Shown here in pieces: positions 1 through 12,773 of a stretch of 64,000 bases of DNA; within the stretch, counting starts at the first letter, position 1; each line of letters begins with the position of its first letter. Under the pieces are notes generated by a model. It was not told the origin of the DNA, searched no databases, and saw nothing but the letters and a program-made list of their open reading frames with translations. Origin of the DNA: Octopus bimaculoides. Taxonomy: Eukaryota. The DNA lies in contig NC_068996.1 of NCBI RefSeq assembly GCF_001194135.2, positions 22,415,683-22,479,682 on the forward strand, given 5' to 3'. A program made the translations under genes and the position numbers.

Positions 1-314
1 AAATGTGCTGTGCGTGAGAAGACCCGGCAAGCCAAGTAAGATCGTTGCCAGTGCCCCTGGACTGGCTCTTGTGCGGGTGGCACATGAGATGCACCATTTT
101 GAGCGTGGCCGTTTTTGTGCGGGTGACACGTAAAAGCACCCACTACACTCTCTGAGTGGTTGGCGTTAGGAAGGGCATCCAGCTGTAGAAACTCTGCCAA
201 ATTAGATTGGAGCCTGGTGTTGCCATCCGGTTTCACCAGTCCTCAGTCAAATCGTCCAACCCATGCTAGCATGGAAAGTGGACGTTAAACGATGATGATG
301 ATGATGATGATGAT
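1..314 (+). mobile_element. High-copy (GAT)n-tailed retroposon, 3' part
   Basis: Near-identical to copies at 604-1020, 14892-15205, 25586-25744, 27995-28380, 37322-37427 and 47150-47362; ends in a GAT tandem tail. Confidence 0.85.
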
Positions 315-334
315 CACAAATATGTACATATATT

Positions 335-532
335 CTTTTACTTGTTTCAATCATTTGACTGCGGCCATACTGGAGCACTGCTTTTAGTTGAACAAATCAA
401 TCCCAGGACTTATTCTTTGTAAGCCTAATACTTATTCTATCAGCCCCTTTGCCAAACCGCTAAGTTATGGGTATGTAAACACACCAACATCGGTTGTCAA
501 GCGATGGTGAGGGGACAAACACAGACACACAT

Positions 533-538
<6 letters not shown>
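335..538 (-). mobile_element. SINE 3' half (OK-type family), followed by (AT)n
   Basis: Matches 35930-36140 and 43555-43710. Confidence 0.8.
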
Positions 539-581
<43 letters not shown>

Positions 582-603
582 AAATCTACTCACTCCTGCA
601 CCT

Positions 604-1020
604 ATCATCATCATCATCATCATTGTTTAGCGTCCGCTTTCCATGCTATCATGGGTTGGATGATTTGACTGAGGACTGGTGAACCAGATGGCTACACCAG
701 GCTCCAATCTGATTTGGCAGAGTTTCTACAGCTGGATGCCCTTCCTAATGCCAACCACTCCAAGAGTGTAGTGGGTGCTTTTATGTGCCACCAGCACGAA
801 GGCCAGTCAGGTGGTACTGGCAACGGCCACGCTCGAAATGGTGTATTTTATGTGCCACCTGCACAGAAGCCAGTCAAGCAGCACTGGCAACAATCTCGCT
901 CAAATGTCTTTACACGTGCCACCGGCACAAGTGCCATCATGATTTCACTTTCACTTGCCCCAACAGGTCTTCGCAAGCCAACTTTAGTGTCCAATGAAGG
1001 AGACGACGTTGGCATGGGAA
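604..1020 (-). mobile_element. (GAT)n-tailed retroposon copy, inverted relative to 1-314
   Basis: Reverse complement of 1-314 over the shared part; CAT tail. Confidence 0.85.
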
Positions 1021-1039
1021 CCAGTCAAAACAGCACAGG

Positions 1040-1610
1040 TGCTTTAAAAGTGGAAGAACATCCCTGGAAGATGATGAACAATCTGGAAGACCTGTTATGA
1101 GCATCACCCCTAGAAATGTGGTATTGTGCATCAAGAATTCATCCCTCATGGCCAAACCATCAATTGAGAGTTCTACTATGATGTTTTGAAGTGTTTGAGG
1201 GAGGACATTCGGTAAAAGCAAATGAATCTGTGGAGCGTGAAGAATTGAATTCTTCAGCAAGCTCTCCTCACTCTTGAGTTTCTCATCAAAAGCAACATGG
1301 TATCGCTTCCACTCCTGCCTTATTCACCAGATTTAGCACTTGCAGACTTCCATCTCTTCCCCAAGATGAAGATGCAGCCCAAAGATCGCTGTTTAACACC
1401 ATTATCAAGATCCAGAATGAATCACAGAAGGTCCTCAACTTGCTTACAGAAAATGACTTCCAGGCTGGATTCCAAAAGTGGCAGGAATTGGGACCAGAGT
1501 ATTGCTGCACAAGGTGACTATTTCAAAGGAGATGATGTTAAAACTTAGGTAAATAAGTTAATTTTTATTAAACACAACTAGCCTGGGAACCTTTTGATAC
1601 CACCTTGTAC
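1040..1610 (+). mobile_element. Mariner transposase 3' remnant with TIR
   Basis: PYSPDLALADFHLFPKMK (YSPDL motif); ends ...gggaaccttttgataccaccttgta. Confidence 0.85.
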
Positions 1611-2364
1611 ATATATGTATGTATGTATGCATGTAGATAGATATATACATTTGCTGTTCTGTCCTGTTCCTATTCACTTCTCACCTATTCACTTCTCAAG
1701 GTCCACTCTAACACTTCATTATGACTACCTTTCTGTTTTTCTCTTTTTTCCAGCTCCATCCCAGTCACTTTTACCTCTCTGTTATAATGGGAGCTTCTGT
1801 GTAGCTTCTCAACAGCAAGAAATTGGTTCTGTTCTGGATCTTTCTTCCATACCTTATCCAACAGCACAAAATCACTTCTCTCTGTCCTGTAGCCCCATCC
1901 ATTCGAAGGGGATTTTTGCTTTGCAGGCTACACGTTGATCTCACTTGTGCTGGTAACACAAAAGATGCTCTTAGTTTACCCAGTGAAGCAATTGGTATTA
2001 GAATTTGTAGCCAGTTGCAGAAACTATGCCAAAGCAATTGGAGCATGATGCTTTCTTCAGACCCATTGGATCCTATCAAACCATCCAACTTAAGCTAGCT
2101 TGGAAGATGGACATTAAATGAAGATTATGGTGATGATGAGGATGATGGGGATGATGATGGTGATTATGATGAGGATACAGATGATGATGATGAAGACAAC
2201 AATGACGATAAAGATGATGATACATAATATCTTAAGAAAGAAGGTAGATAAGAAAATGATCTCTGTTATTTGGGAGGTACTGGTTTATTAGGACAAAAGT
2301 AAGAATTTTAAAATCTTACAGCATGTCTTGATACAACTTCAAGAATTTACGAACTTGGAAATAA

Positions 2365-2720
2365 GAGCTGGAATTTTGGTAGTCCATAAAAGTTACTTGT
2401 TTTTACCTCAAAATTATTAAGTAATCCAAGCCTTTTTTCATTAAGTTATTTTTGAATTCTTCCATTAATTTACCAGGAGACATTCCAATGCTTTTTTGTT
2501 CTGTAATATTTGTTGCAATGTTTAAGTTTGCTTATCTTTACAGATACATTATGCATTCCTCTAAGCATTTAATTGTCTTCATTTAAGGTTTAAATTATGT
2601 TTTATTTTTCACAAGTGATAGATCTTCCGCATGCTTCTTTTGAAAGACTTCCTGTAGATGATGTTTTCTTCAAAATTCCTCAGTATCTTTTGTAAGAACT
2701 TATTCTGTCAAGTTAGGAGC
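2365..2720 (-). mobile_element. Degenerate Penelope-like RT fragment
   Basis: Frameshifted reading KNNLMKKGLDYL / NNFEVKTSNFYGLPK; FYGLPK is the motif preceding the Penelope RT core. Confidence 0.6.
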
Positions 2721-3799
2721 TGATGTGAATTTAAGTCAATATTCCAAAAAACAATAACAGAAATATATAAAGAAATCAATTACAGCTTAAATAACCTCCA
2801 TACATGATATATGAAAATTACCAAACTATCTAAAATTGCATGTAATTATTACAGGACTAACATCTTGCACCCAACGATTAAGTGAGCCTCCACTTAATCA
2901 ATTACAGCTTGACAAAGCTTTGTACGCACCAACAAATGTACCAGATGCTTGCTACACTAATATAAGAACAAGCTCTTTGTAACTATGAGCGATGATTCAA
3001 TATCCATAGCTGACAATGTGCAACAAAGCAAAAATGGTCACGTTCTATAGTTTGATGTCATCATTCATAGGCCAGTGGTGTGTTTTACATAACTATTGTC
3101 TAGAAGGAGAGTTTTTTAACCTCAAAACAATTTCTGTACTGTAGTGTATATCTCTATATATATATATAAAAATTTATAAATGAAACATTCAAACACTGAG
3201 ATTTGAAGTTAGATGTCACTACTGTTCATATCATCTGTGGATAAATTCAAAATTTGATGATATCACCAGTAGTGACATGGGTGGAATACAGTAATAATAG
3301 CTTTAGATAGCTATGAATTATAAATTTGCACGAAGCATAATGATGCTTAACAAGCATCTACCTACTAGAAATAAGAGCTAAGTCTTAAATTAACCCACCA
3401 TAGCGCACCAATATAACAGAGAAAGACAGTATATCTATATAAACATTAGTTATAGAACAAACATTTAATTCGAGTCAACGACTTTATATATAACACCATA
3501 CCTCAAACATTTAATCATATATAAATATCACCATGGTTCTTAAATATATATTAAAAAAATATGCATATACATAAAAATATAGAAGGTAAAAATATATATA
3601 CGAATAAAATACAGATAGAATGGCCTATCAAAAAGTAAATATAAACAACTAAAAATTCATAAACATTCTAAAATGTGCCACACTACCAAAAAACTAATAA
3701 ATTAAGATAAAATAAAATATCAAATGACGAAAAATGTTTTATCAAATGATTAAAATATTAAAAAAGTTTTTACTCCCCTCATACAAAATACGTCCAAAG

Positions 3800-4275
3800 T
3801 TCAATTTTTAAAACCATGGTAGGTTAGAGTTCATAACAAATAGACTTCCACAAGATCAATACAAATACATCGATAGTCATTTCGGGAGCTCACCACTGCA
3901 GTTCAATTACACTAAAGTGCATCACGGCAATGACCCCTTCATCAGGACGAACAAGAAACAGGAAACGCACAAAGAGTAAAACCAAAAGGTTCATACAATG
4001 CTGCCCAAATTTTTAGCACAAAAAAAAGAGGTTTAAAGAGGAATAATAAAAGATATTCTCTGGAATGGTCTGTTATTTCAGGGGCCTCTTACTTCAGAGT
4101 AATTATAAATAAGTGTAAGTTATGTGTAAGGGAATCCCTTGCCATGCTTAAGTCTTTTGGGCCAAAAACTTTAAATAAATTTACTGAGGTAATCCCTTTT
4201 TGCAACCATAGGTTTTCATCTACCTTTTTGAAAGTGTATAGAAATAAAAGTAGATGTAATAAAATTGTTTAGTTT
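3800..4275 (+). mobile_element. Penelope-like GIY-YIG C-terminal/pLTR remnant
   Basis: Plus frame near 4053-4270 reads YSLEWSVISGASYFRVIINKCKLCVRESLAML...TLNKFTEVIPFCNHR, matching the W..CxLC..LNKxxE..CxH tail of Penelope endonucleases. Confidence 0.7.
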
Positions 4276-4289
4276 TACAGGATTTTGAA

Positions 4290-5338
4290 ACTGTTTTAGC
4301 AATAAAATAATTGGCTTTTTTTTGTGTGTTAAAAATTTAGTCTTGCCATTTTTCGTCAAAAACTGTCTCACACTCAAGGCAGTGTGTGCAGGCACATTGT
4401 CATGCTGAAACTACTACTCTCCATTTTGCCAAACATCAGGGTGTTTTCATCTCATCGTGTCTCGCAAACACTTTAGAACTGCCAAGTAAAATGTCTGGTT
4501 AACAGTTTAACCAGGAGGAACAAATTGTGTGTGGACAATTCCTTTTACATCAATGAAACAAATCAGCATTGTCTTGACATTGAATTTCACATGCTTTTTG
4601 GGGGAGTGGTAACATCGAATGCCTACATTGACTTGATTGCTGCCTTGTTTCCAGGTCATAGCCATAGCACCAGCTTTCATCACCAGTAATGACCTTCAAA
4701 AAAAGGTTTGGATCAACTTCCAACTATTCTTTCAGTTCAGGACATGCATTCAGCCATGAGTTTTTCATCTTCTGTGAGGAAACGATGCATAAATTTTGCT
4801 GCCACTCTTTTCATTTGTAATTTCTCATTCAAAATTCACTGGTAGGAGCTCTAGGACACCCCAGTCATATCACAAGCTCATCAATTGCTTAGTGATGGTC
4901 CTCTAAGATCAGCTCATGAATTTTTGAGATGTTTTCATTTGTTCAGCAGGCTGACAGTTGCCCTAAATGAGATTAGTCTTCAAGTGACAAGTGACCATTC
5001 CTAAAACATGAAAACCACTCGTGAACTTGTATTTTGCTCTTGGCAGCCTCCTTGTAAGCTGTTTGAGGCATGACAACTGTTTTGGCTGACATTTTCCCTG
5101 GCAGAAAACAGAATTTCATGGAAGTATGCTGTTCTTTTATCTTAGCCATTGCAAAAAAAAAAAAAGAAAACTCAATGAACATGGCAGAAGCACCATGTGT
5201 CAGTATGACTAATTGATGACGCTAGTCAGCAGACTGATGCTTGAGGGTTGCATCAAGTAGCTCATAGTGGTGAAAGCCTGAACTACAACGGGCTTGTCCT
5301 ACAAAGAACATTTCCGGTTACTTTTGGGTACTCCCATA
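4290..5338 (-). mobile_element. Internally deleted mariner element
   Basis: N-terminal HTH EQHTSMKFCF...VHEWFSCFRNGHLSLED; TIR-like end near 5320-5338; same family as 20455-21410. Confidence 0.85.
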
Positions 5339-5439
5339 TATATATATCTTAATGTTTGTTTTTGTGTTATTATGATAAAAACAATTTGATATTAACCTGA
5401 TGGGTTACTCTGTACTTTAATAGAGTACAAATTTATTCA

Positions 5440-5613
5440 TAATCTTTTAGTATTAACATTATTCTATTAAAAGTAATATTTATTCATTTTGTTTTGAATT
5501 AATCGTGCATTATCTTGTAGCTTTGAAATTTTGATGAGGTAACTGGTGCGAGAGGCTAGATCTGGACAATTTGAATATTTTGGCAGGATATGGATGGTTA
5601 AAATGCTAAAGGG
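5440..5613 (-). mobile_element. piggyBac-type MITE (partial)
   Basis: Ends ctaaaggg|ttaa; reverse copy of 28896-29103. Confidence 0.7.
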
Positions 5614-6169
5614 TTAAACAAGGATGTTGCTGACAGTGTATAAAGGCTCTGATGATGGCTTAGTTGGCCAAAATTTCGAAGCCACTGGTGATTCCCATGG
5701 TATAGAACAAATACTGTATTCATTCCATACTGCAGGGGGCACCAGTGACACACATTTTAAAAAGTATATTATACCTTCATTTAAGGAATTTTTCTATTGT
5801 CAGATTATATAATATGGGCTTCCATGGCTTATTTCACAAAAACTATTTTTATGATGGAGACGACAGTGATTTGCACTCTTCTTACTAAATCCTGTTTCAG
5901 CTTCTATTGATTCAAATGGAAAGCCATAAAAAATACAGAGAAAGACATTCTGTACATTACCTAAAATTCAAATAATGTGGTTCAAACCACAATAATGTGA
6001 GGCATCATAAAAAAATTACCATTGGGAATTACCGGTGACTGCTAATGGTATATGAAGAATATAGTGTGGTGAGTCACAGGTGACTCCCATAATAGTCAGT
6101 GTTAAATTGAACCCTGAAAATGTTGAATTAGTCTCCCTTCAGGATAAAAACTTTTGACTAGTACTAATA

Positions 6170-8068
6170 CTAGCAGTATAACCCGACCTTGTCCTGGTGT
6201 GACTCATTACGCCATCTACGATAAGTCTTGCTAGGTGAAAATCAACTAAAAAAGAAAGCCTTACAATGGAAAAACCCTTATGATGTAAATATGTTCATAA
6301 TTCAAAAGACGATGAAATTAATAGGGAAAGTCTGAAGGCTGTTTTGCCTAACAGTATTAAGCGTACGTAAATTTCATCTGTGTAATTGGCTATAGAAATG
6401 CTTGTGCAAAGCAACTTTTTGCGCTGCCCTGATTATGCATAGCAGGGTAATCCATTTTCACAGGAGCTAGGACAGCAATTTGTGATAAAGCAATTGCTGG
6501 CGTTCTGTTGCTACACAGTTTTGCCAGAATTTTATCAGATTGGGCAGATGTTGATGCACCATTTTGCATTATGTTCAAAGTAGCTTCTGGAATGTGGTGA
6601 ATTGTTGCATTCTGTTGCTGTCATTTTAAACCAGTTGCTTTCTTTCCCCAGCAAACGTTCTTCTTTGGAGGCATAATCTATGTATATATTAAACAGAATA
6701 ACAAAAGTTATAATAGATGGCAGGGTCAGTACTTTTCACATATCTGTAATTTTTCAGATTAACACCCGCACGATTACCCAACCCTAATCCTAACACTAAC
6801 CCTAACCCTGACCCTAAAACCGTAACCGTAACACTAATCCTAACCCTAACACCCTAGTGAAAATCGTGGTATATTTACAAAACATTGACGAACATGAGTT
6901 ATATTTTACTGAATGATTGTGTACTTGCACGTGTATGCGTTTGAGAGAGCAAGAGAGGAAGAGGTAGAGAGAGGGGGAGAAAGGAATAGAGGTAGTTAAG
7001 TTTTCTTATGACGGCTTCTCTTCACTGCCTATTACTTCATTAGAAATCTACGGATGCACATACGCACATAATAGAGAAAAATGAAACAAATATGGACGAC
7101 TTGCTCCGAACACCACCGAGTGGGGAACACTTCTCAAAAATTACCTGCAGCTGCTTCCTTCAAAATTCCTACACGCTCGAAATGTACATACATCAAGGTA
7201 TATTTGTAGAAAATTTCACGAAAAAATATTCATTATCCTGGACGTTAAGAGGAATTTAAGTGGAATTTCCGATAATTGTCCCCCACCCCCCTCCCNNNNN
7301 NNNNNNNNNNNNNNNNNNNNNNNNNNNNNNNNNNNNNNNNNNNNNNNNNNNNNNNNNNNNNNNNNNNNNNNNNNNNNNNNNNNNNNNNNNNNNNNNNNNN
7401 NNNNNNNNNNNNNNNNNNNNNNNNNNNNNNNNNNNNNNNNNNNNNNNNNNNNNNNNNNNNNNNNNNNNNNNNNNNNNNNNNNNNNNNNNNNNNNNNNNNN
7501 NNNNNNNNNNNNNNNNNNNNNNNNNNNNNNNNNNNNNNNNNNNNNNNNNNNNNNNNNNNNNNNNNNNNNNNNNNNNNNNNNNNNNNNNNNNNNNNNNNNN
7601 NNNNNNNNNNNNNNNNNNNNNNNNNNNNNNNNNNNNNNNNNNNNNATGTTGTTGTCACAGATCACGTATGTGTGGTTGTGTGTGTTTTTACGTAACAATG
7701 TTATGAAAAATAGGTAAAGAATACTGAGAGGAAAATTTAATCTATGACGTTGTATGTATCACTTTCTCTCACACTCTCTCTCTCCCTCTTTTACTCTTAC
7801 TCTCTATATTATATGTTGAGCGTGTGTGTAAGAATGCCGTCCCAGGTAGAAGGGAAGAAATATAAAAGTTGCTAGAAATAACAGCCAAATCTCCCTTAAA
7901 TCACACAAAGTAAATGGAATTTAAAAAATCTAATTACTGCACTGGAAAGTTCACATCAAGAAAATTCCATTGATGTAAAAATTTCATGAAATAGTGGAAA
8001 ATGTGGATTTCTATAAACTTTTAAAAAGGCTTCACAGAGACACACAACTTCAGCTTTATATATTAAGA
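6170..8068 (-). mobile_element. Non-autonomous Helitron with RepHel remnant; contains a nested element and an N gap
   Basis: A|TCTTAATATATAAAGCTG 5' end at 8068; ...CTGCTAG|T 3' end at 6170 with a GC-rich subterminal tract; remnant MPPKKN... and ILAKLCSNRTPAIALSQIAVL, resembling the PIF1 helicase segment. Confidence 0.8.
6756..7295. mobile_element. Element nested in the Helitron carrying a degenerate (TAACCC)n tract at 6775-6856
   Basis: Abrupt change of composition inside the Helitron; degenerate telomere-like repeats; runs into the gap. Confidence 0.5.
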
Positions 8069-9859
8069 TTAAATGCTTGTTTAATTGATTAACTACAAAG
8101 AATCTTTTGATAACAACTTATCTGTTTCTATGTTACAAACTTCACATTTTTAAATGATTTACATTAAAACCTTCCATCAAAATATTGTTAATTTATGGTG
8201 CAAGCATTAGCTTGATAATATAGTTATTTTATTAAATTATTCATTAATTTCAAAACTAATTAGAACAATGGCAGAGTATTTCAACAGAAATATGGCAATG
8301 AAAATGTTAGCCATAACCTCAACACAATAGCACCACAGATGTCATGCCTACACAATTGCTTACAAGCTAAACAGGTCTCAAAGTAACAGTGACATTTGAG
8401 ATTTCCTTTAATGAGACAGTTGATTCTAAGACCACAATTATTAAAATTTCCAATCACAAGACAACTTATTATAGGATAGTACTGGCTTGATATGCTGATT
8501 GCACCAAATTATCATCACCATTAAACATTCATTTTCCATGCTGGCATGGGTTGGACAGCTTGACAGGAACTGGCAAGGCAAGAGGCCACACTACGTTCCA
8601 GTCTGTTTTGGTTTGGTTTCTACAGCTGGATGCCCTTTCTAATGCCAACCACTTTACAGAGTATACTGGGTGCTTTTTATGTGGCACCTTGGTTTTAAGA
8701 TATCTATTTTGTTGTGGTGGATGGATCTTCTCAAGTCCAGCAATGTTCCATATATATTGTCCTGTCATCTCCTTTATAAGGTTCAGCATTCTGAGATCAG
8801 CCTTCAATGTGTTGTCCTCTGTCTTCCTGGGTTTCCCCTCTTCCACAACTTCCCTCTACTCTAAGTGATAATATTCATAACTTTACCTCTCCACACCCTT
8901 CCATGAAGTATAGGTACAGGCATGTCTGTATGGTTAAAAGTTTTACTTAGTAACTATGTGGTTTTGGGTTACCTTTAGCAAATGTCTTCTATAAACCCCA
9001 AGCCAACAAAAGTTTTATGAGTGAATTTGGTAATGAAAGAATTAATAATGAATTTTTTTTAAAAAATGATGCAGAATAATATTGATAAACAAAAGATGTA
9101 AAACATTCAATATTTTTATGTGACTTGTGTTATTTTTTCAGAACTTCTTTCCTGACAAGTTTGTGCAAAAAGAAAAGAAAGTTAAGACTTGAAACTCATT
9201 GCTTATTTCTCATTGATTATTTATTTCATATAATAAAGACAGAAAACACACTGCCTCACAAAATATAAACAAACTGAACGAAATTAGGATTTTTTCGTTA
9301 TAAATATATAAAATATACAATATAACAAAATATTGACTAATAACTCATTTTAGCTGTTGTATAAAAGAAAATTTAAATAAATTTATTTTATTAATTCATT
9401 TTTGTATTTGGTTTACAAGATTCTTGATGTGAACTTGTATGTTGAAACAGATTTTCTTGTATCTCGGGAGGGTCATTTTACCAATAATACACACACACTG
9501 GCTCTAATTCACTTTATCATTCTTTGTTAATTAGTTAACTATTTATTTAACCAACTAACAAATTGATTATTTGGTCAATGTTTGTCAAAATCCTGTCACC
9601 ATTCATGGCCTCATCAGTGACATATCCTTTCAACTACTCCAAGTCACCTTCAGGTTTCAATATACAATATTGCATAATAGAATATAGCCTAATACAATAT
9701 AAAATATGATACACTATAACATAATATTGACTAATATCTCAATTTAGGTGATACCGTGTAAACGAAATTTTAATTTTCAGTCCCACTGCATGGCACCTTG
9801 GGTGAATGATTTCCACTATAGCAGGTATCACTTTTGTCATTGTTACTATTAATATTATT

Positions 9860-11290
9860 ATGTCTTATTTGTTTCGAAAGATTCTTGATATGAAATCATG
9901 TGTATTTGCACAGGGGCTTTCTTCAAATGGATATGTTCTACAGATCAGGGATCTTATGGTGGTCCCTGGTCATTCTACTATGTTAATCTGTAGATTCATC
10001 TTATTTAAGGATTTTCTAAAAAGATATGCTAGTGCATCTCCGGGGATAGCATAAAAAAATATGACATACTGGTATTTTTGGTTGTCATACCATGAGCTGG
10101 CCTTATCTATCTTCTTTTTAAGCTATTCATGACTTACTTCTGTGTAGCAGGCAGATCCCAATTGCATCATTTTCTATGATTGTCTTGTACTTAGCCCTGA
10201 CTCTATTGCACAACTTGATCCTGTTTCCTTGGCTGTACTCAGAGAACTGCATCCAGTGCATGAAGTGTTGTGTCTCTCACTCATCTTGTTGGATTGCATA
10301 CGTGGGACACGTTTCTCTTATCAAGTCTGCTACTTAACATTATCTGCAACAGCTATGTTCGTGTGGACCAGGTATTTAAAGGCCAAGGGTATAGCATAAT
10401 GGGAATGAAAGATCTGGATTTTGTTACTCCTTGGTTCCGGTCAGAGTTCTGTGTGTAAAATTGGTAGTCTGTAGTTAGGGTGATCTACTTTAATACTCTG
10501 GTGAATGGAGTTAGCTATTTGCTGGATGCTCTCCATGGAGCTGGTTTCTAGTTAATTGACAGTGTGTTGTAGAGGTGCTTTTGCCACTATATTGCTAAGT
10601 GTTGTTTGAGACTCCTATCCTACTATACCATAAAGAGGTTAGCCACATCACCAGCGATAAACTTGATCATGTAGCCCTTTAGTGTAACTTTAGTACTTGC
10701 AGCTACTGCATGTGCGACTATTTTTCTCACCCGATTGTAGTTTTCAGGGGTCTGATCCATCTGATCCATCTTTCTTTAGGTCTTTTTGACTATTGAGGTT
10801 ACAGTGGGAGTGGGGTGTCTCCCTCTTACCAATCTACTGAAGCAGAAACAGCTAAGGTTGTGTTTATCTAGGTACACATCGTTCAATATACAGAGTCGAT
10901 ATAATGTTGGGATGTCATTATTTGGGACTCAGAAGCTTTTGGACATGCATTTCTTTGGTCCCAGGATGTTTGACCTCATCATGTGAGCACTGAGGATCTT
11001 TTCCCTTTCGTATTGTCACTTCTCTCATGTTGGTGATGTGGGATTGCACTGCCTAGATATAGTTGAGCAGGCTATCAACATTCTGCTGAACTGGTTTGTG
11101 GGGAGGCACATAACCTCCCTATTCTTCATGTGTTGTACGAGTTTATGCATGTCACATGTGGATTTTTTATCAAGTCATGTTTCTCTCTCTCCTAGTGTAC
11201 TGTTCCAAAAATCTAAGTCTTGTCCTAGCTATAGTGAATTGTGCTTCTTTTTGGTTGTTTGTTTGTTGAGAGATACAAACCCTTTTGTTA
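9860..11290 (-). mobile_element. Decayed R4/Dong-like non-LTR RT fragment
   Basis: Stop- and frameshift-riddled motifs in the expected order: GKRGDTPLPL (cf. GIFQGDSLSPL), K*SHMQ*LQVLKL (cf. KISHLLYMDDLKL), KIQ...YAIPLAFKY (cf. KIxAINTYALPVIRY). Confidence 0.6.
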
Positions 11291-11739
11291 AAGGGTAGGA
11301 TTGCTTGATAAATGCAACATATTGTACAACTTATCATATGGGTTGAAAAATAGAGTTGATGCCGTTTATACTAGTTGTATTATTTTCTTCTATCCTATCA
11401 TTTCTTTGGTTACTATCTCTATTTCTATTGTTACTTCTGTTGTTGTTGTTGTTGCTGGTTGCCTCTGTGGGTATTGTTGTTGTTGTTAGTATTGATTTTG
11501 CAGGTTTACATGGTTGTCGTCATTGTTGTTGTTTTTATTACCCTCACTATTATTATTATTATTATTACAATTACCTATTATAAATTGTCTATTATCATTA
11601 AAAATAATGATATGTTAAGGATATCGTTATCCATAAATCTTACCACGTATTTCTTGTATCATTATCATTACTATTAGAGTTACAATTATTATTATTATTA
11701 TTGGTGTTATTATTATTATATAAAAAATTTCTTTTACTT

Positions 11740-11821
11740 GTTTCAGTGACGGGATGTAAATACACCAGCATCAGTTGTCAAGTGATAGAGGGGGACAAAC
11801 AGACACACAAATATACCCCTC

Positions 11822-11856
<35 letters not shown>

Positions 11857-12012
11857 ACAGGCTTCTTTCAGTTTCCATCTACCAAATCCACTCACAAGGC
11901 TTTGGTTGGCCCGAGTCTATAGTAGAAGACACTTGCCCAAGATGCCACACAGTGGGACTGAACCTAGAATCATGTGGTTGGTAAGAAAGTTACTTACCAC
12001 ACAGCCGCTCCT
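11740..12012 (-). mobile_element. OK-type tRNA-headed SINE, partial
   Basis: Matches 36050-36315. Confidence 0.8.
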
Positions 12013-12263
12013 ATTATCATTATTGTTGTTAGACTTCATTTCTGTTTGAGTCTGTTGTATTTTTAAGTTCGAATTTCCTAAGTTGACAGGCATTGTGAGA
12101 TATGATTATTCATGACAGATTCTCAGTTGTGGAATATACTCATAAGGCTTCAGCTGGCCTAGTTATAGTAGCAGACACTTGCTAAGGTGCTGCACAGTGG
12201 GGACTGAACCTAAAACCACATGGTTTCAAAATAAGCTTCTTAACCGCACTGCACACAGCCATG

Positions 12264-12304
<41 letters not shown>

Positions 12305-12552
12305 NNNNNNNNNNGATGCCGTTTATACTAGTTGTATTATTTTCTCCTATGCTATCATTTCTTTGGTTACTATCTCTATTTCTATTGTTACTTCTGTTGT
12401 TGTTGTTGTTGGTGGTGGTTGCCTCTGTGGGTATTTCAAACAATGAAGGAAGGTAAGGAAGGAGAGGCAAACAGGTAAGGAAGGAGAGTGAGAATGATTT
12501 GTAGGAAGCTGCAAGTCCAGGTGGCTCCTTAAGGTAAATAAAAGAGTGTGTT

Positions 12553-12773
12553 ATTTCTTTACTACCCAGAAAGAGCTACACACAGAGGGGACAAACAAGG
12601 ACAGACAAACGGATTAAGTCGATTACATCGACCCTAGTGCGTAACTGGTACTTATTTAATTGACCCCGAAAGGATGAAAGGCAAAGTCAACCTCGGCGGA
12701 ATTTGAACTCAGAACGTAGCGGCAGACAAAATACCGATAAGCATTTCGCCCGGCGTGCTAACGTTTCTGCCAG
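12553..12773 (-). mobile_element. OR1-type SINE, young copy
   Basis: Core gacc(c/t)cgaaaggatgaaaggcaaagtc shared with 57229-57432 and 40740-41130; CpGs intact. Confidence 0.8.

Noticed and set aside
2616-2691. Plus-strand exon-like segment IDLPHASFERLPVDDVFFKIPQYL with AG/GT ends
   Set aside because: No partner exons found; better explained as the antisense of the Penelope-like RT remnant
6775-6856. (TAACCC)n as a telomere or fusion scar
   Set aside because: Short, degenerate and inside a TE
7216-7706. Long track ORFs across N gaps (also 12824-13200, 33656-33937, 51993-53490, 58658-59671)
   Set aside because: Open only because N codons are not stops; the flanks are microsatellite translations
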